A stretch of DNA of 64,000 bases from Bacteroidota bacterium (GTDB lineage: Bacteria; Bacteroidota; Ignavibacteria; Kapaibacteriales; NICIL-2), in the NCBI GenBank assembly GCA_019695345.1, contig JAIBAE010000012.1:3732-67731 (forward strand). Reading direction: 5' to 3'. Each line of letters begins with the position of its first letter. The stretch's first letter is position 1. The translations under genes were made by a program, and so were the position numbers. The notes beneath the pieces are model-generated. The model searched no databases. It worked only from the letters and a program-made list of their open reading frames with translations, and was not told the DNA's origin. Positions 63,951-64,000 of this stretch are shown in pieces.

Positions 63951-64000
63951 AGGGTGCGTTTTATGGTATAATGTGGTGCAATATAGCAACCACGCGGGTA

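Overview
The window looks like an FCB/Bacteroidota-type chromosome segment. The phylum call is an inference from the T9SS C-terminal sorting domains and an Arm-domain tyrosine integrase. It has three parts. (1) 1-21.9 kb holds a vWA lipoprotein, then an 11.3-kb gene for a ~3,758-aa protein built almost entirely of nested tandem repeats. That protein ends in a phage-tail-fibre-like S74 chaperone module followed by a T9SS sorting domain. After it come a second T9SS-sorted protein, a double-OmpA protein, two coiled-coil LuxR-HTH regulators, rsmD, an EamA transporter and a Lys-rich repeat protein. (2) tRNA-Leu(GAG) at 21923-22003 is followed by a ~34.9-kb integrated island. The island is closed by a degenerate copy of the tRNA 3' end (56846-56868) and a tyrosine integrase. 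It carries a mosaic type I R-M operon (hsdM-hsdS-unknown TM protein-rhuM fragment-RhuM/Doc-hsdR). It also carries an AT-rich, almost entirely plus-strand block of exported proteins. That block includes an ECF sigma/anti-sigma pair, an L,D-transpeptidase-like protein, a PTH2-like protein and paralogous membrane proteins. It also holds an OM-barrel/HtrA-like S1 protease/M48-like protease/caspase-TPR/RHS-like/Zn-ribbon run, followed by a Trx-TPR protein, a YpfJ-like Zn-peptidase and a GH5 enzyme. (3) 57-64 kb is core genome: acyl-lipid desaturase, PrsW, thiolase, a YARHG protein and pheS. My best candidate for an undescribed system is the multi-protease exported cluster, together with its island-encoded ECF sigma and a shared bipartite promoter-like motif. 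Structure not explained by genes includes a GC-rich ~55-70-nt element found only as convergent inverted pairs (four pairs, enclosing from ~15 nt up to whole genes), a ~165-186-nt conserved element flanking the adhesin locus, and several shorter intergenic motifs. All calls come from reading the sequence and ORF translations by eye. No searches were run.
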